This document shows, one piece after another, positions 1 to 13,000 of a stretch of 64,000 nt of DNA. The stretch is from assembly GCA_907165135.1 (NCBI GenBank), contig OU015566.1, forward strand, positions 2,108,001-2,172,000, written 5' to 3'. Each line of letters opens with the position of its first letter. Position 1 is the first letter of the stretch. This DNA comes from Oikopleura dioica. Taxonomy: Eukaryota > Animalia > Chordata. The position numbers were made by a program, and so were the translations under genes. The notes beneath the pieces were generated by a model, which saw only the letters and a list, made by a program, of their open reading frames with translations, had not been told where the DNA came from and searched no databases.

Positions 1-1973
1 AAAGATTTGATGGAAAAATTCTGCGGCTTCGAGGACTTCTGCCCTCCCAACGAGCGCCGATTCGATTTGACCTCAAAAATGGGCCTGTGCATGATTGCAA
101 TGGACGACGAAGGCGACCGCTGCCAGAGTTATTTGCGATCGTTCATCAACGAAAAAGAAGACATCGAAAAGTACGGCGATTTGTGGTTTCGCGTTGCGGA
201 AATGTATCTGGCAGCGTTTCACAAATTCGGCGAGGAGAACAATCGAATGCAGTATCTTGAAAACGCGCTTCGATTGACCAACCGTCTTTTGCACACGGAA
301 GAATGGGCGCATTTGCTTGTTCTTGTCCGCCACGCCGACATTCTTGAAAACCTCGGACATCATTACGAGGCGATCGAAGCTTTGAAACAACTTGCGGACA
401 TTTCTGAAGAGCACCGAATTCCAGCGAGAGCGAGGATCATGAAACTGGAGGAGCAGATGTCGATGGTTCCGATGATGGCGCACTTAGAGAATGATCAGCC
501 ACTTGATATTCTGAACTTTTTTAATGATTTGGAAAGCGCGAAGAAGGTCAAGGTCGATTTTGTGTTTGAACAAAGTAAGTTTTCCTGCATTTTGGAGCTT
601 TGCTGCTTGAGATTTCTAATTGTTAGCTAAAAACCAATTCAAGGTTTAACCATTCTTTCTTCTAGTGAAAAAATGGACGGACTTGGTCGATGAACAAACT
701 GACAAGTACGAGAAGCGCCGATATTTGCGCTGCGTCGCCGACTTGGGCCTCTTCATCATGACTCACGGCTTCCGCATCTCCTTTGAACCGGATCGAGTGC
801 ATCTCTACAAATCGAGCGAAATCGCCGTCGGACTTCCGTTCAACCACCCCGGGCGATACATCCTCGTCGACATGAAAAACAACCCCGATCAGATCTTTCC
901 GCGTCAAAAAGTGGAAAAAATAGAAGCAGAGTTGGAAGATGTCCGCCTTGCGTGGCTTGGCTGGTATCGGCTTTTTCGCGAAGTTCTTGGTGTTCTTCTC
1001 GAAATCGGCAGATTCAAGGAGGCAATTTTACTCGCAGAACAGGCGCTCAAAGTGCGAATAGACACGGCCAGTCGACAAACTGAGCATTCTTATCGACGAG
1101 AAATGCAAAGTATCGTTCTGGCTATCGCGATATCAAGTAAACAGTACGACAGGTGCTACAAGCAGCTTACAGAATGGCTCAGGAAGAGTCTGAAAGGTAA
1201 TCTTTCCCTCTTTTCCCGGATTCTTTGTTGAAGGTTCGAAGCTTCTGTAAAATAACTGTTGAATAGATGATAATCTTGCGATGCAGCATCATTGGAACCT
1301 TTTCAATTTCACGATCAACAACTCAATCGATGTTCGTCATCAAAAGTTCGTTGTTCGTCAGCGATTCAACAGCAAAGCTCCTGATCCGACTCTTTGGACC
1401 ATGCTCGGCCACGTGACTCGGTACAATTAACGAAAAAAATACACCCCCGCCTTCAGTTCTTTATTCTAGCGAGACACGAAGCTACTATCACGCAGCGGAT
1501 GCCTACACCGAAGCGTTAAAACTCAAACCCGACTGTCCCTTTCTTCATCTCAACCTCGCTACCATCTATGCCCACATTGCTTCACAACGATTTACGACGA
1601 ACAGACACACTGCTGCAACGCAGGTCATCGGATTTCTGAGTTCTTACAGTAAATTGAGAGGACTCGACAAGTTTCCACAAGAAATTCATTACAACAGAGC
1701 CAGGTAAGATCTCGTTGACATCTGTCGACCTCCTTAGACAAAGGATAATTATGAATTGTCTCTAGAATTCTTCATCAGCTTGGCATGTACGGCCTAGCCG
1801 CGATTGAGTACAAAAAAGTCATCAACTCGCCCGTCACGTGTCCAGAAAACGACCAAGAAACTGACAAATTTGACCTGACAAAAGAAGCCGTTTTTAATCT
1901 GTCTCTTATCTACCGCCAATCCGGCAATAAGGATCTCGCCTATTCTATTATCTCAAAGTACTGCCGCTTATAA
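1..1973 (+). CDS. GTF3C3: General transcription factor IIIC subunit 3 (TFIIIC102-like TPR protein), multi-exon, 5' partial
   Basis: Exons in ORFs 7-630, 665-1231 and 1785-1973 plus intervening exons join through GT-AG introns (e.g. donor ~576 to acceptor 665). TPR-like helices. The C-terminus 'FDLTKEAVFNLSLIYRQSGNKDLAYSIISKYCRL' matches the GTF3C3 C-terminal motif. AATAAA follows at ~2005. Confidence 0.8.
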
Positions 1974-2060
1974 AAGTCTCAACAAGTTCAAGAGTTGTAT
2001 ATAAAATAAACAAGCTGCCTCTATCACAAACTCCTTCAGAAAAGACCCTAGTTTTACATC

Positions 2061-2541
2061 ATGTCGTGGTCCGAATATGTATCTGGCTCGAGCGGACTTA
2101 TGGCTCACTACGATAAGATCTCAGCCGGTGGAATCTTCGGCCACAACGGCTCAACCTGGGCGCAGCAGGGGATGGATCACACCACTACTTATTACAATGA
2201 AATTACAGATATCGTCCAGCTTTTCACTAACCCCAAGGAAGCCTACTCTAAGGTAAGTGTCCCACTAAAATTCTGTCGAATGAGAACCCTTCATCCAAAT
2301 TTGCCTGTTTCTAATCAAACTTCAGGGCTTCACTCTGAACAACCAGCAATTCGTCCTGCTTCGAATCCAAGACGAAAAGACCATCCTTGCTCGTGGAAAA
2401 ACACCAAACACTGCGCCCGTTACCATCCAAAAGACAAACCAAGCAGTCGTCATCGCCATCGGAGAAAAGGACGCTCAGGCTGGTTCCATTTCTACTGCCG
2501 TTGGTAAAATCGCCGACTACATGGATTCTGTGGGATATTGA
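2061..2541 (+). CDS. PFN: Profilin, 2 exons (intron 2253-2325)
   Basis: Spliced product MSWSEYVSGSSGLMAHYDKISAGGIFGHNGSTWAQ...GFTLNNQQFVLLRIQDEKTILARGK...VTIQKTNQAVVIAIGEKDAQAGSISTAVGKIADYMDSVGY* has the typical profilin N-terminal (MSW..YV) and C-terminal patterns. Confidence 0.9.
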
Positions 2542-3119
2542 ACAAAGGACTTGAGACAGGAAAGGATGATTTTCAGCAGACTCATCAGGGTCAGAAAAAT
2601 ACTTATTTAACCAATTAATTGTCCTAAAACTATTCTCATCCTCAAAAGTCATCAAGAAATTGCCATATTTATACCACAAGGAAACAAGTTACCCTCTCAC
2701 TACTTTTTTGAAACAACCGCACACCACAAAGAACCTTATTTTCAACCACATGACAAATATTTTTAACGTTCTTCCTAAAAAAACTCTAGTCCAATAAAAT
2801 GCCCGCGTGCCATCAAAATAAAGAAGCTCAAAAGTTATACAGCAGCAGCCCACTGTAACAGCCCATTTCACTCTTGACTGAAAGTACAACCTCTTTATTA
2901 CGATTATTTCTTGCCCATGCTGTTTTGTTTTCTTCTTATATTCACGTAGAATGTATTTTATTTCGCTCTTTTTTCTGCGCGCACTGGAATTCCCACTGAA
3001 TCTTTTAGGCTATTTTCAATACTGATAGTAGGTTTCTAAAGTTCAAAATCTGATGCTTTCTAAAATTAATAAAATACCAACAAAAAATACTAGTTTTTCG
3101 CTTTTCTTTAGATGGAGAA

Positions 3120-6100
3120 ATGTCCCTTCTCCTTATCGTGACGTCTATACGATGTCAAAACCTGCCAAAAAAGAACTGTAAATGTCACGTGAATATCTTC
3201 GTAGAAGATGAGAGCTCCAAATCGATTCAGTCCGCGTCGACAAGTGTCAAATCCGGGAGCAATAAACCAGAATGGCATGATTTATCGCTCCCTTGGTTGA
3301 AAATCAATCCGCTGGTAAAAGTCATCCTCGTTGTGAAAGAAAATTCTTTCGCTGGTCGAAATCTTCTCAAAGTCACCATCCCCTTCGAAGACATCGAAAG
3401 CGCCAGAAGAAGTGGAAATGACGATGTTGGAAAAGGATCGCTAGTTGTTCGAAAAGGAGAGGCGTCAATTATGATCACATTCGATCTCATTGAACCAGAT
3501 CGCCCTGACGCGGCAAACACGATTTCTCGCCGAGCAACTGGCGCTACCGCTCCTTCCATCCGCTCGTCCGTAGAAACTCTGAATTCTGCTCGCTCGTTGC
3601 ACCATATTGACAACTCAGAAGATCCAGAAACCTTCGATTCTTTGGAAGAAATGCTCGCGACGGCGATACGAAGCTCCAGCGAAAGAGGCAACTCTTTTTC
3701 AGAAACACTTCTTCGCCAATTTGAGTCGATTTGTCTGTCACAAACTGACTGCCAGGAAAAAGAAGAACAAGAGGACGAAGATGAGAGCGAGAATGATTCG
3801 GTTTTCGAGGAGCAGACAAATAACTCAAGCGAGAAAAACAGATCGGACTCGTATCACAAGGCGATGATCGGAAGACCACAGCTGGAGACCGTCTCGCATA
3901 GTCCTACAGTAATGTCGCCTCTAACAGAAAACTTCACCATTCAAATCGAAAACGCCGGTTCTTTGTCCTTTCTCAAGACGCCGGAGTATTTAATCGTCCA
4001 AGAAGTGACCCATGCGGAGCTAAAATTCGGCGATAGAATTCACAAAATCAACGGAAAAAGCGTCTATGAGATGCAGAGTCCTGAACTGGCGCTTGAAGGA
4101 GTGGTAGAATTGGAAATTGAAAGAATCGTGACGATAAATGAACTGAAGACGAGAGCGTTCTCCAGTAGAAAGAAATCTGCCGCGGCAGAGGGGAAGAAAA
4201 GATCAAAACACAGGCTTTCGGTCAGCAGGAGAACGCAAATGACAGCAAAAACGCCTTCAGTTGTAAGTCAAAAAATAGACTCCTGGTAATTTTTATTCTT
4301 TTCTCACCTTGTTCGAATCTCTGGGAACAAGTAAATTTTCTTTCCCAGCTAATCAAACATGTTTGGTTATTGTGGCTAAGACGGACACTAATTTAACTTA
4401 TCAACAGTCCGATAATCCGAAATCAATCCCCTCCCCCGTCTCCCTCGTGATAATTATTTATCTAGGACGCCACCAGCGACCCCCACTCGTCTAGAAACCA
4501 AATGCATTCATTCAAGAGCAGCACTATGCGTCGCAGGTACGAAATCGTTTTTTATTTAAAAGTTATTTGGAGTAAGTTGCTCTATTACTAATAGACTATT
4601 AGTAGTAGATGTTTGATACATCGTTATAATTCGCCGTTGTAGAGATTTTTTATCAGTTCCCGATGATGATATGAGGTAAAGAGGTGATAACAGAATGATA
4701 AACTAATTCTTGCTTGACTGCTTCCCACGATGTTTCCTTCAGATAAAAAAAAAACATTTATAAGGGTGTTTTTGTTTCAAAAAATGAAAATAAAAGCTAA
4801 CTCACATTGCCAATATGACATTGGTGTCCACAGCCTGTGAAAATACCTGAGTCAGGGTCTCGAAACTGTAACTGACCCTGTCTCAGTGTTCTTCACAGTT
4901 TGCCTTCCCAAGAATTATGGTGAAATTGTCGAAATCAATTTAAAGGCATGAGTTTTTTAACAATAAATAACCGATGGAATCATAAGATCCGTCCAGCGAA
5001 ACCGCGCCACCGTCGTCCCCCAATCCTTCACAAAACGTTATGCATCAATGAAGCGCGCCATGTCCCGGAAAATCGAGCACAACATGATGTCCGATCGCGA
5101 CTATCATCTCCAAGTCAAAAAGTTCATCCTATCTGCCGACTTCTTCAAAGAGCTGGAAAAGAACGAAAACGCGCGTCATTTCTATCTTGAGAACTCGACG
5201 GTCCGGACATTGGTGAATCTGATGCGGACGAAGGAGAATTTCTTCCAGCAACATTTGAGTACGCAGGCGTTTGTACAGTTTATAAATATTTATGTTCCAG
5301 ATAATGCAAGGAATTGGATTTAGATTCTTTTTGATATTGAAATCCTTTATTTCTTCCTTGAAGAGTAGCAAATGATCTGAAGATTCTGAATCCTTTGGCA
5401 GTTTACCTCCAAGTTGGATCGCCTTGAAAGACTCAAAGAATCGAGAATACTACGCAAATATAGAACTACACTTCACAACATTTTTTCACCCAGCCGCAGT
5501 TCACGCACTGACTCCTTCATCCTCACCTGCTTCTGAAAATCTATCCGAATATCACGCCTCATCAAATGGAGACAACGCACAAGATTCGACGACGAACAGA
5601 GACACCAGCTCTAGAAACTCATCAGGTAGACCAACTGGTAAATTAATAACTTACCTTTTTCTTGAAGACCCACTTTCATACCCAGATCAAGTTGTTATCT
5701 TCCTCAACAAGCGTTCCAACGCTTACATCGCTCAGAAAATCCCCGCTCTTAAAAATTCGCCAATGACGATGAAAGTCCTTGAGAAAATACGCGCTGGAGG
5801 AGTGGCCGCCTTCCATAATCACGTGAACGCTGGCGGCCTGGCTCAAATTTTATCGGTTTTCCACGACGAAATCAGTTCAATCTCTCTGGGAACTCTCGAT
5901 CCATCACGAGCTCCTTCCATCGCCTCGACGAAGAGAACGACAGAAAAGAAGGAAAAGATAACGAGTCCTTTTGAAAAGACGCTGTCTGAGTTTTACTCGA
6001 AACTCGACGAAAAGGGATATGGAAAAGGACCTGGGAAAATCAAAATGCCACTCGAAAGAGACTCATTCGTCAGAGATGCGTTTAATTATTTGAGATACAA

Positions 6101-9100
6101 GTCGGTGAAACAGCTACAGAGGCAAAAACTGCAGATAACTTTTCGAGGAGAAGAAGGTCTAGGTAAGAGCTTCTTTAAGATGAGAAAAATATCTCATACC
6201 TTTTGATTCGCTACCCAGTGTAGAAGCCTGACTCCGGCTCCTGTAGAAGTTGCCGAATAAATAATTGGCATGATTCATTGCCCTAATCTGTTAATTATTA
6301 GACTACTCTGGTCCATCCCGAGAATTCTTCTACCTCGTTTCGCACAACCTCTTCAATCCTTATTACAACTGGTTCGAATACTCGGACGCAGACGACTACA
6401 CAGTTCAGATCTCCCGTCACTCCCTTTATAATTGCTCCCACGACAAAGAGATGGTCTCCGCATGTAAAGAATGGTTCCGCTTCATCGGACGCATTCTCGG
6501 ATTGGCGCTCATTCATCGCTACTTGATAGATGCATACTTTATAAAACCGATTTATTCGCTTTTGCTGAAAAGAAAATTGACACTGGATGATTTGAAGTAT
6601 GTGGACTTGCAGCTGTATAATTCTGTCAAGGAATGGATATGATTTTATTTCCGATTTCAAAAAAAGGCGTTGCGTTAACCTGACTCAGGTTTTATAAAAG
6701 CTTGAAGAGAACCCTGACTCCGGTGCAGAAAGGTTCTCGAGCACAGGTCCCCCCTTTCATATCATCAACTCAGTATATGGAGGACAATTCCATCGACGAC
6801 GCTTACCTCTTCATGGACTTCACGGTCATCGAGGAACGTTTCGGCAAAAAGGAAGTCAAAGAACTCATCCCAAACGGTGCCGAAGTAGAAGTCACTGATG
6901 CGAACAAACACGAATACATCGAGAAACTCGTCAATTGGCATTTCTATGACGGTGTTCGGCCGCAAATCGCTGGCCTTGTGCATGGGTTCAATGAAGTTGT
7001 TAATGTTAAGATGCTGGAAAAGTTTACTGCTTCGGATTTGGAACTAGCGTTGTGTGGAACGCAGGAGATTGACTTGCAGGACTGGAGGAGTCATACAGGT
7101 AACAGAAAAATCATTTTGAAAAGCCAGGATCGAATTTGTTTAACCAGATTATAATCATTCGGTATCTGGCGTGAAAATGTAGCTCAAACGCATAGAGTTT
7201 TATAGACGTCGACTGTATATATAATTATATCCAAATAATCAAAATAATATCGCTAGAGTACCGAGGAGGATACTTTGACTCCAACGATACAGTCGAGCTC
7301 TTCTGGAAATACCTCGAAGAACTCGACCACGAACACCGACTCAAATTCCTCCAATTCGTCACCGGCACTTCTAGCATCCCTTACGAAGGCTTCTGCGGTC
7401 TCCGAGGACCAAACGGCCCAAAACCCTTTTGCGTCGAACAATGGGGCACGATCAAGGATCTTCCAAGAGCGCACACTTGTTTCAATCGGATAGGTATGTT
7501 TTTCACTTTGAGTTTATTGTTTATTGAACAAAATGAATCACTAAACTGCAATTTTTCTTCTTGTAACATGGACTTTTCTGGTGCAGTTGATATATAATGC
7601 AGAAGCAGCAATTTTACAGTATTGTAAATCAGGGATGGGCAATTTTTGGTTCATACTGGGCATTTTCTATAGTACAGTATTATCAATAATTCCCAGGGCT
7701 AGCGGTTGTTCTAGGCAAGATTTTTTGGGTCTTCGTGCCACTGACCAAGTTTAGGGTTTTGGGATACAGTTCCTTAATCAAAGTTACAGTCTGTTTTCAT
7801 AGCTTGGCAAATTAGCAGCATCTGATTGGCTTGAACTAGAAACACTAACGAAAATGTTCTTACCAATAGTACAGGTTCCCATAAAGTCATGAATTCCCGC
7901 TCCAGCCGGATGATAACCACCGCCAGGTCGATTCTTAGGCTGCGGGAGAGGCGACAACTCGCCCAAATTCACCGTCTGTAAATTGTCAAATCCATCGCGG
8001 CCCATTCCATATGACTTTTCGCGGTCAAAGTTTGGAACGTCTCCTGCATATTTTGGCCCCTGGCCGGCTTGAAAGTGATATAATAAGAATTCTATTTTTG
8101 AATTGCCAAAAACCTTGATCTGCCGGGTTGATTTTGCTTTTGCGATATTTTTGCCAGGCGAATGTTCCGATGGACAAGAGGACGAGAAAGACGACGATGA
8201 GCATAATTTGTCCGACTGGCCCGAGACCGCCTTTTGTAGCATCACATGTAGACTAATTTTGATTTTGAATAAAGAAAAATATATTTTCATGAGCTTACCC
8301 TATCTACGTCAGTATCCCATCCGCTCTGTAAACACGTGATCTTATCAGGAGTGGCATAAGATGCGACGCATTTGACGTTGCACGACGAACCGGTTGTGAT
8401 CTTTTTCGTCACGTGACCGAGGCAACTCAAGTCGCCATCGACTGAAAGATAAATTTCACCGCCGGTTAATTTTTTTTTAGAAAATAAGAACACATGAAAA
8501 TCAAAATTTCGAACCGCGGTCAACCGCGGTAAACCGTGGTTTCTTTAATTTTTATTCCATATAAGAGTTTTCCTGTTAAAATTCCGATAACAGCATCCCT
8601 CGTATTAAAACTTTATCAATGTTTTATACATTAAGATATCAACTCTTATCACCCACAAAATGTTTTTACTACGAAACGAGAGTAGTAACTATCAAATAAT
8701 TACGTTATATTCCCCTTGGCCAGATTCTATCGGTTACAATGTTACCTGGTGCCCAGAATATGTCCCCGTTGCAGTTTGCTTCCTTCATCGTGTCTCTGGA
8801 AGTGCTGAGTTCGGGCGCTAGAATGAGCCAAATCTGCACTTCTAGTTGCCCTTAGGCAGGATCGGACCCTGTACTTTTAAGCGTCTCATTCGTCCAAATT
8901 GTTAAACGTGTGGCGATATAGTTTCCATTCTCCAGGAATTATAATGTCTAAATGCCAAATATTTATAATTCATTATAAAGTTTTGAGTAGACTCAAAAAT
9001 AACCCCTTTATAATTTTCTTTAATTTTCAGGCTTTTGCTTAGTGACAAATTTTATTCTATCCTTTCAGATTTGCCGCCATACGCGACCATGGCTCAGCTG

Positions 9101-9154
9101 AAATCAAAAATCGAGCTGGCAATCCACGAATGCGCAGAATTCGGCCTTGAATAA
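3120..9154 (+). CDS. HECW1/2-like: NEDD4-family HECT E3 ligase, HECW1/2-like (C2, PDZ-like, helical box, WW, HECT)
   Basis: HECT motifs '[21 protein letters not shown]', '[23 protein letters not shown]', catalytic '[14 protein letters not shown]' and terminal 'FGLE*' (stop 9152-9154). WW domain '[30 protein letters not shown]'. The N-terminal C2 exon links in frame through donor 4263 to acceptor ~4465, and a donor after 'MRR' (~4537) to acceptor 4986. The 5' linkage is less certain than the HECT part. Confidence 0.8.
5311..5401 (+). other. Non-canonical GA-AG intron (AAG|GAATT...GCAG)
   Basis: Required to join the helical-box exon in frame to the WW exon. The unspliced frame stops at 5323. 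Confidence 0.7.
6631..6773 (+). other. Non-canonical GA-AG intron (AAG|GAATG...TCAG)
   Basis: Splicing gives NSVK|YMEDN, which aligns without a gap to the HECT motif 'SLQWMKDN'. Phase 0 on both sides. Confidence 0.75.
7784..8788 (-). CDS. Single Sushi/CCP-like domain + TM + conserved cytoplasmic tail, nested antisense in the last HECW intron
   Basis: Exons: [14 protein letters not shown] | [25 protein letters not shown]...ITCLQSGWD | [38 protein letters not shown] | ...[12 protein letters not shown]...[12 protein letters not shown]...*. GT-AG junctions. Clear paralogue at 49161-49864. Confidence 0.7.
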
Positions 9155-9400
9155 CTCAAGCAAAACTTCACTGAATCATACTTCTTTCTGTATTTCTATT
9201 TCAAAAAACTTCCTTTCACAAAAATCAATTCCTTGAATTTCAACTTCTAATCAGTTACACAGCCAAGCTTTTCTTCAAACATACTTTTAAAAACTTCGCT
9301 CATTAAAATTCAAGCTTTCTTTCAGTTCAAAACAAACAAATACAAAAACAATATCATTCTACATAAAATTTCTCAATTCTCACATTCAGCAAAAACCAGA

Positions 9401-9672
9401 ATGGCGCTTTCTCCATACAACTCTCCAATCGACCCATCGTTGTATTCCACCCTTGCGTTTTTTCTGATGATCGCTGGACTCGGATCTTCGGCTTACTTTT
9501 TTGTCGAGGTACCAAACTAGCGCAACATCCTGATTCTAACAATTTCTAGCAAGTGACAAAGTCCAAAAACGTCCGCTCTCTATCAAAGGATTTTTCCCTC
9601 GCGCTCGTTTCTGCCATCTTCATGGGTCTTGGAATGATGTTCACCATGCTCACTGTTGGCATCTATGTCTAG
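9401..9672 (+). CDS. TMEM258: TMEM258 / OST5 oligosaccharyltransferase subunit, 2 exons (intron 9509-9549)
   Basis: MALSPYNSPIDPSLYSTLAFFLMIAGLGSSAYFFVE|QVTKSKNVRSLSKDFSLALVSAIFMGLGMMFTMLTVGIYV* matches the family pattern (Y.SP..P, two TMs, GIYV end). Confidence 0.9.
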
Positions 9673-10097
9673 GAAAGGGGAAAAAGTACTACCAAAAGGA
9701 AGAGTCTTCCTTGATTTCAATGTGAAAATATTTCATTTTTCGATGAGTTTGCAACTTCCACTCTTTTCTTTTAATTTTATGACCAGTTGCTCATCAAAGT
9801 AAAAATAATGCTTGGTCAGAATTGAATCTGATTCAGCAGCTTATTTAGTCAGAAAAAAACTCGTGACTGGAAAAATTCCCCAGGGACAAATATTTTCGTC
9901 TACCTTTATTCCTCCAAAACAGACCAGCTTCTTTCCTCTTTCTGGACAAGTGCAATTCGAAGAAAAATGATTTTTCATCTGTTCCAAGTTACTCCTGTTT
10001 CTTTCGCTGTCTTAGAGACAAATTTCAACAATTAGAGAATTACTGTAGATCAAATAAACGACGATGACTGTATATGACTTCATTCAGAGTAAAAGAG

Positions 10098-13000
10098 ATG
10101 ATGCAAGAAGAGGAACTGACAGAGCGACTTTTAAATCAGTCCAAAAGCTCGGATTTTGATGCGGCGTATCAGGTAATTTCTAGAGCTCGAGGTTTTCAAA
10201 AGCGCGGCCCGCTAATGTGCTAAATTGTTTTTGACCTTGGAGTTTTAAAAAGTGCAGGAGCCAGAGGAGTCGCGATTTCCCCTTTTTTGCGCTGAAAAAA
10301 TAAGCAGACTAGTTTGTTATTTTTTTGCTGAGCCAGATCATCCTCGACGGGCTTCAGTTTTCGTGCCGATCGATTACAGATATAATCGCACTTATCTGTC
10401 CCTGCTCGGCATCCTTCCCAAGCCAAATTACTCCCGGCACGTGCCCTATCCTCTGCCGCAAAAAAGAGAGGGGTGGAAAGAAAAGAGATAGATTTACCGT
10501 CTGATTGTATAACTTCTAAATGCCTGGCTTAGAGAAGAAAATGGAGGACTTAGAGCTTTCGGATATTGTTCTTGAACCTTCAGTAAGTTTTTTCGAGCAT
10601 TTTCTTTGTCCAAAAAGGAGTAGAAAGAGTTTTCATAGAAAGCTCCATATGGGCTTTTCCAAAGCCGCAGAATGGCTCCCCAATTTTTGATTAAAAATTC
10701 TCATGATTTGCTTTAGGAGGAAACCATTCCATACAAGTACATCTCCGCTACATCTGGCGATCAACACGAAGTTCGCGTCAAAGTAACCGTCCATGGCGAT
10801 CCCAGCGCCAGCATCACTTTTCTGACAATGCATGATATCGGCTTATCTCGTGAGTAATCCCTGCTCCTTTTCTTTTCCCCACGTCTCATCTTTCCATCTA
10901 GCAAAGACGCAGTTCTCAACTCTATTCAACTGCGACCTGCTCGAGCCGCTCAAGTCGAAATTCTGCGTCGTTCATATTGGAATTCCGGGACTGGACAAAA
11001 ACGACTCGCAGATTCCGGCAGGATGCTATCCTTCGCTCGATCAAATGGCCGAAATGGTCCCTTTCGTAAGTCTTGCTCAGTCTTTTCTTGAAAGCCAGCC
11101 CCCTCCAACTTTTTTTTCTATCAAAAACCCCTTCATTTTCAGATCGTCAACCACTTCAGTCTCAAACGAGTCTATCTATTCGGCGTTGGCGTCGGTGCCA
11201 ATGTTCTTCTCCGATTTTCGGTACGAATAAGGCTCCCCCTTCCTACTTTCAGCTAAAAAATTAAGCTCAACGATCAATCCCGCGTCGACGGATGTATATT
11301 CGCCAACCCAATGTTCTCGCAACAAACATGGAGCAGCTACTTTCACCAAAAAATCTTTGGAACTTCTGCTGGATACGACTATCTCGACTGGTAAGAAAGA
11401 TGAGGCGTTAACAGGCCTCGGAAACCTGTGTTGAAGCCTAAGTCAGGTCCTGGCAAAGCTTGAAGCAAAAGCTGCGTAGCGGCTTTACCAGATCTCCATT
11501 TATGTTGTGCTCTATCAGGACCTGACTCAGTTTTCTACACAGGTTTGGGAGCCCTCTTATCGTTTGAAGGGTTTTTGAAGCTTTTTTATTTGAAACCAAA
11601 CCATTTGTTATTGACAATATTTTGCAACTTGTAACTGTTTTCCGCTTCGGCCGAGGGCTTTTCTTCTTTTGTGAAGATCGGCTTGAAACTGTAGATGTGT
11701 TTCCGGGTCTTGAAATCCCTGTTGTTGTTGAAAAAGGTGTTGACAGTGAATTGAGCGCATTTCAGCTCACCGAGCCTAAATTTTTTTGAACTAATAATTT
11801 TTAATTTTGGCGACTTACAAAGAAGCAAGAATAAAAAGTAAAATCGCTTTTCTCATTTTTTGTTTTATTTCTTTCCTTTTTTGTTGAAATCAGTCCAAAC
11901 TGGACTCTTTTTAAAAGAACAGCGACGATTAAATCAATTTTTAAGCGCCTAGATTAATCATTCTAATACCTTTTTTAACAATTCATAGGGTTTGGTTTAT
12001 TGCTCTAAAAATACAGTTTCTTGATCATTTTCGTTCAGGTATCACTTCAGCGGGGATTATGTTTCCCAGCGACTCAAGGACTCGAAGAATGCGCATCTTC
12101 ACGACTTCAGAAAGCTAAACGAGAACAATATCAAAGAGCTCATTAATTCCTTGGAACGCGTAAGTCCAATCTTATTCAATATCTATCCAGTGGCGACAAT
12201 TATCCCAAACTGTTAGTCATCAGTTCTTTGCTACACAAAGTAACCGGTGAGAATCTAGAAGCCGCGCCATTCTCCCAAAGCCGCACGCGGCTTCTCGAAT
12301 TCCAGCAGTAATTTCACTTCCGTACCAATTAGAGCTCTATCGAAAATTTTGCTTCGAAAATATCGCTTATTAGCTTATAAGTAATCTTCTTTTGTAGCGA
12401 AAAGCCGACTACGAAAACATACAGAAAAAATCGTAGGATATCGTCACTTTTGACGTGTTAGTTCTCCAGACCTAAGGTTTCGACAGCAGCATTCATTATC
12501 GTCCATTTTAAATTGAAGTGCTTGCAAAGTTCCTTTAGAAAATTTAATTTTTTGCGGAGAAAAAATTTCCGGAATTGTCAGGCGTTGTTAATCACAAAAG
12601 CCAATTAGAAGCTTATTCACAGTACTTATTCATATTGTAAGTCCGAGCATTTGAGTACGTACTGCGTATGAGTTTAGCTAAGTGTCTGATTCTTGAGCCA
12701 CGATTTTAACCTATCAAGTGTATTCAAGTACCGAGTTCTCTCGGAATCAGAATAGAAAGAACCGTATATGATATACGGTATATTTACTGTGGTAATTAAA
12801 GGTAATGTTTAGCGGACTGAAATTAATCTGATGCGGACTCCACTTGGCAAGAGTAATCTGAGAGTTCCCACCTTGCTCCTCGTCGGTGATGCCTCGCCGC
12901 ACAATGAAGACACAGCCGAGCTCAATTCACGGCTCAATCCGCAGATTACCACACTTGTCAAGATGCAAGACGCTGGCTCCATGATCCTTGAGCAGCAGCC

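Noticed and set aside
7900-8060. Calponin-repeat identity for the Sushi-TM tail
   Set aside because: Only superficial G-M-G similarity; the GLQMGTN...SQ.GM consensus is absent.
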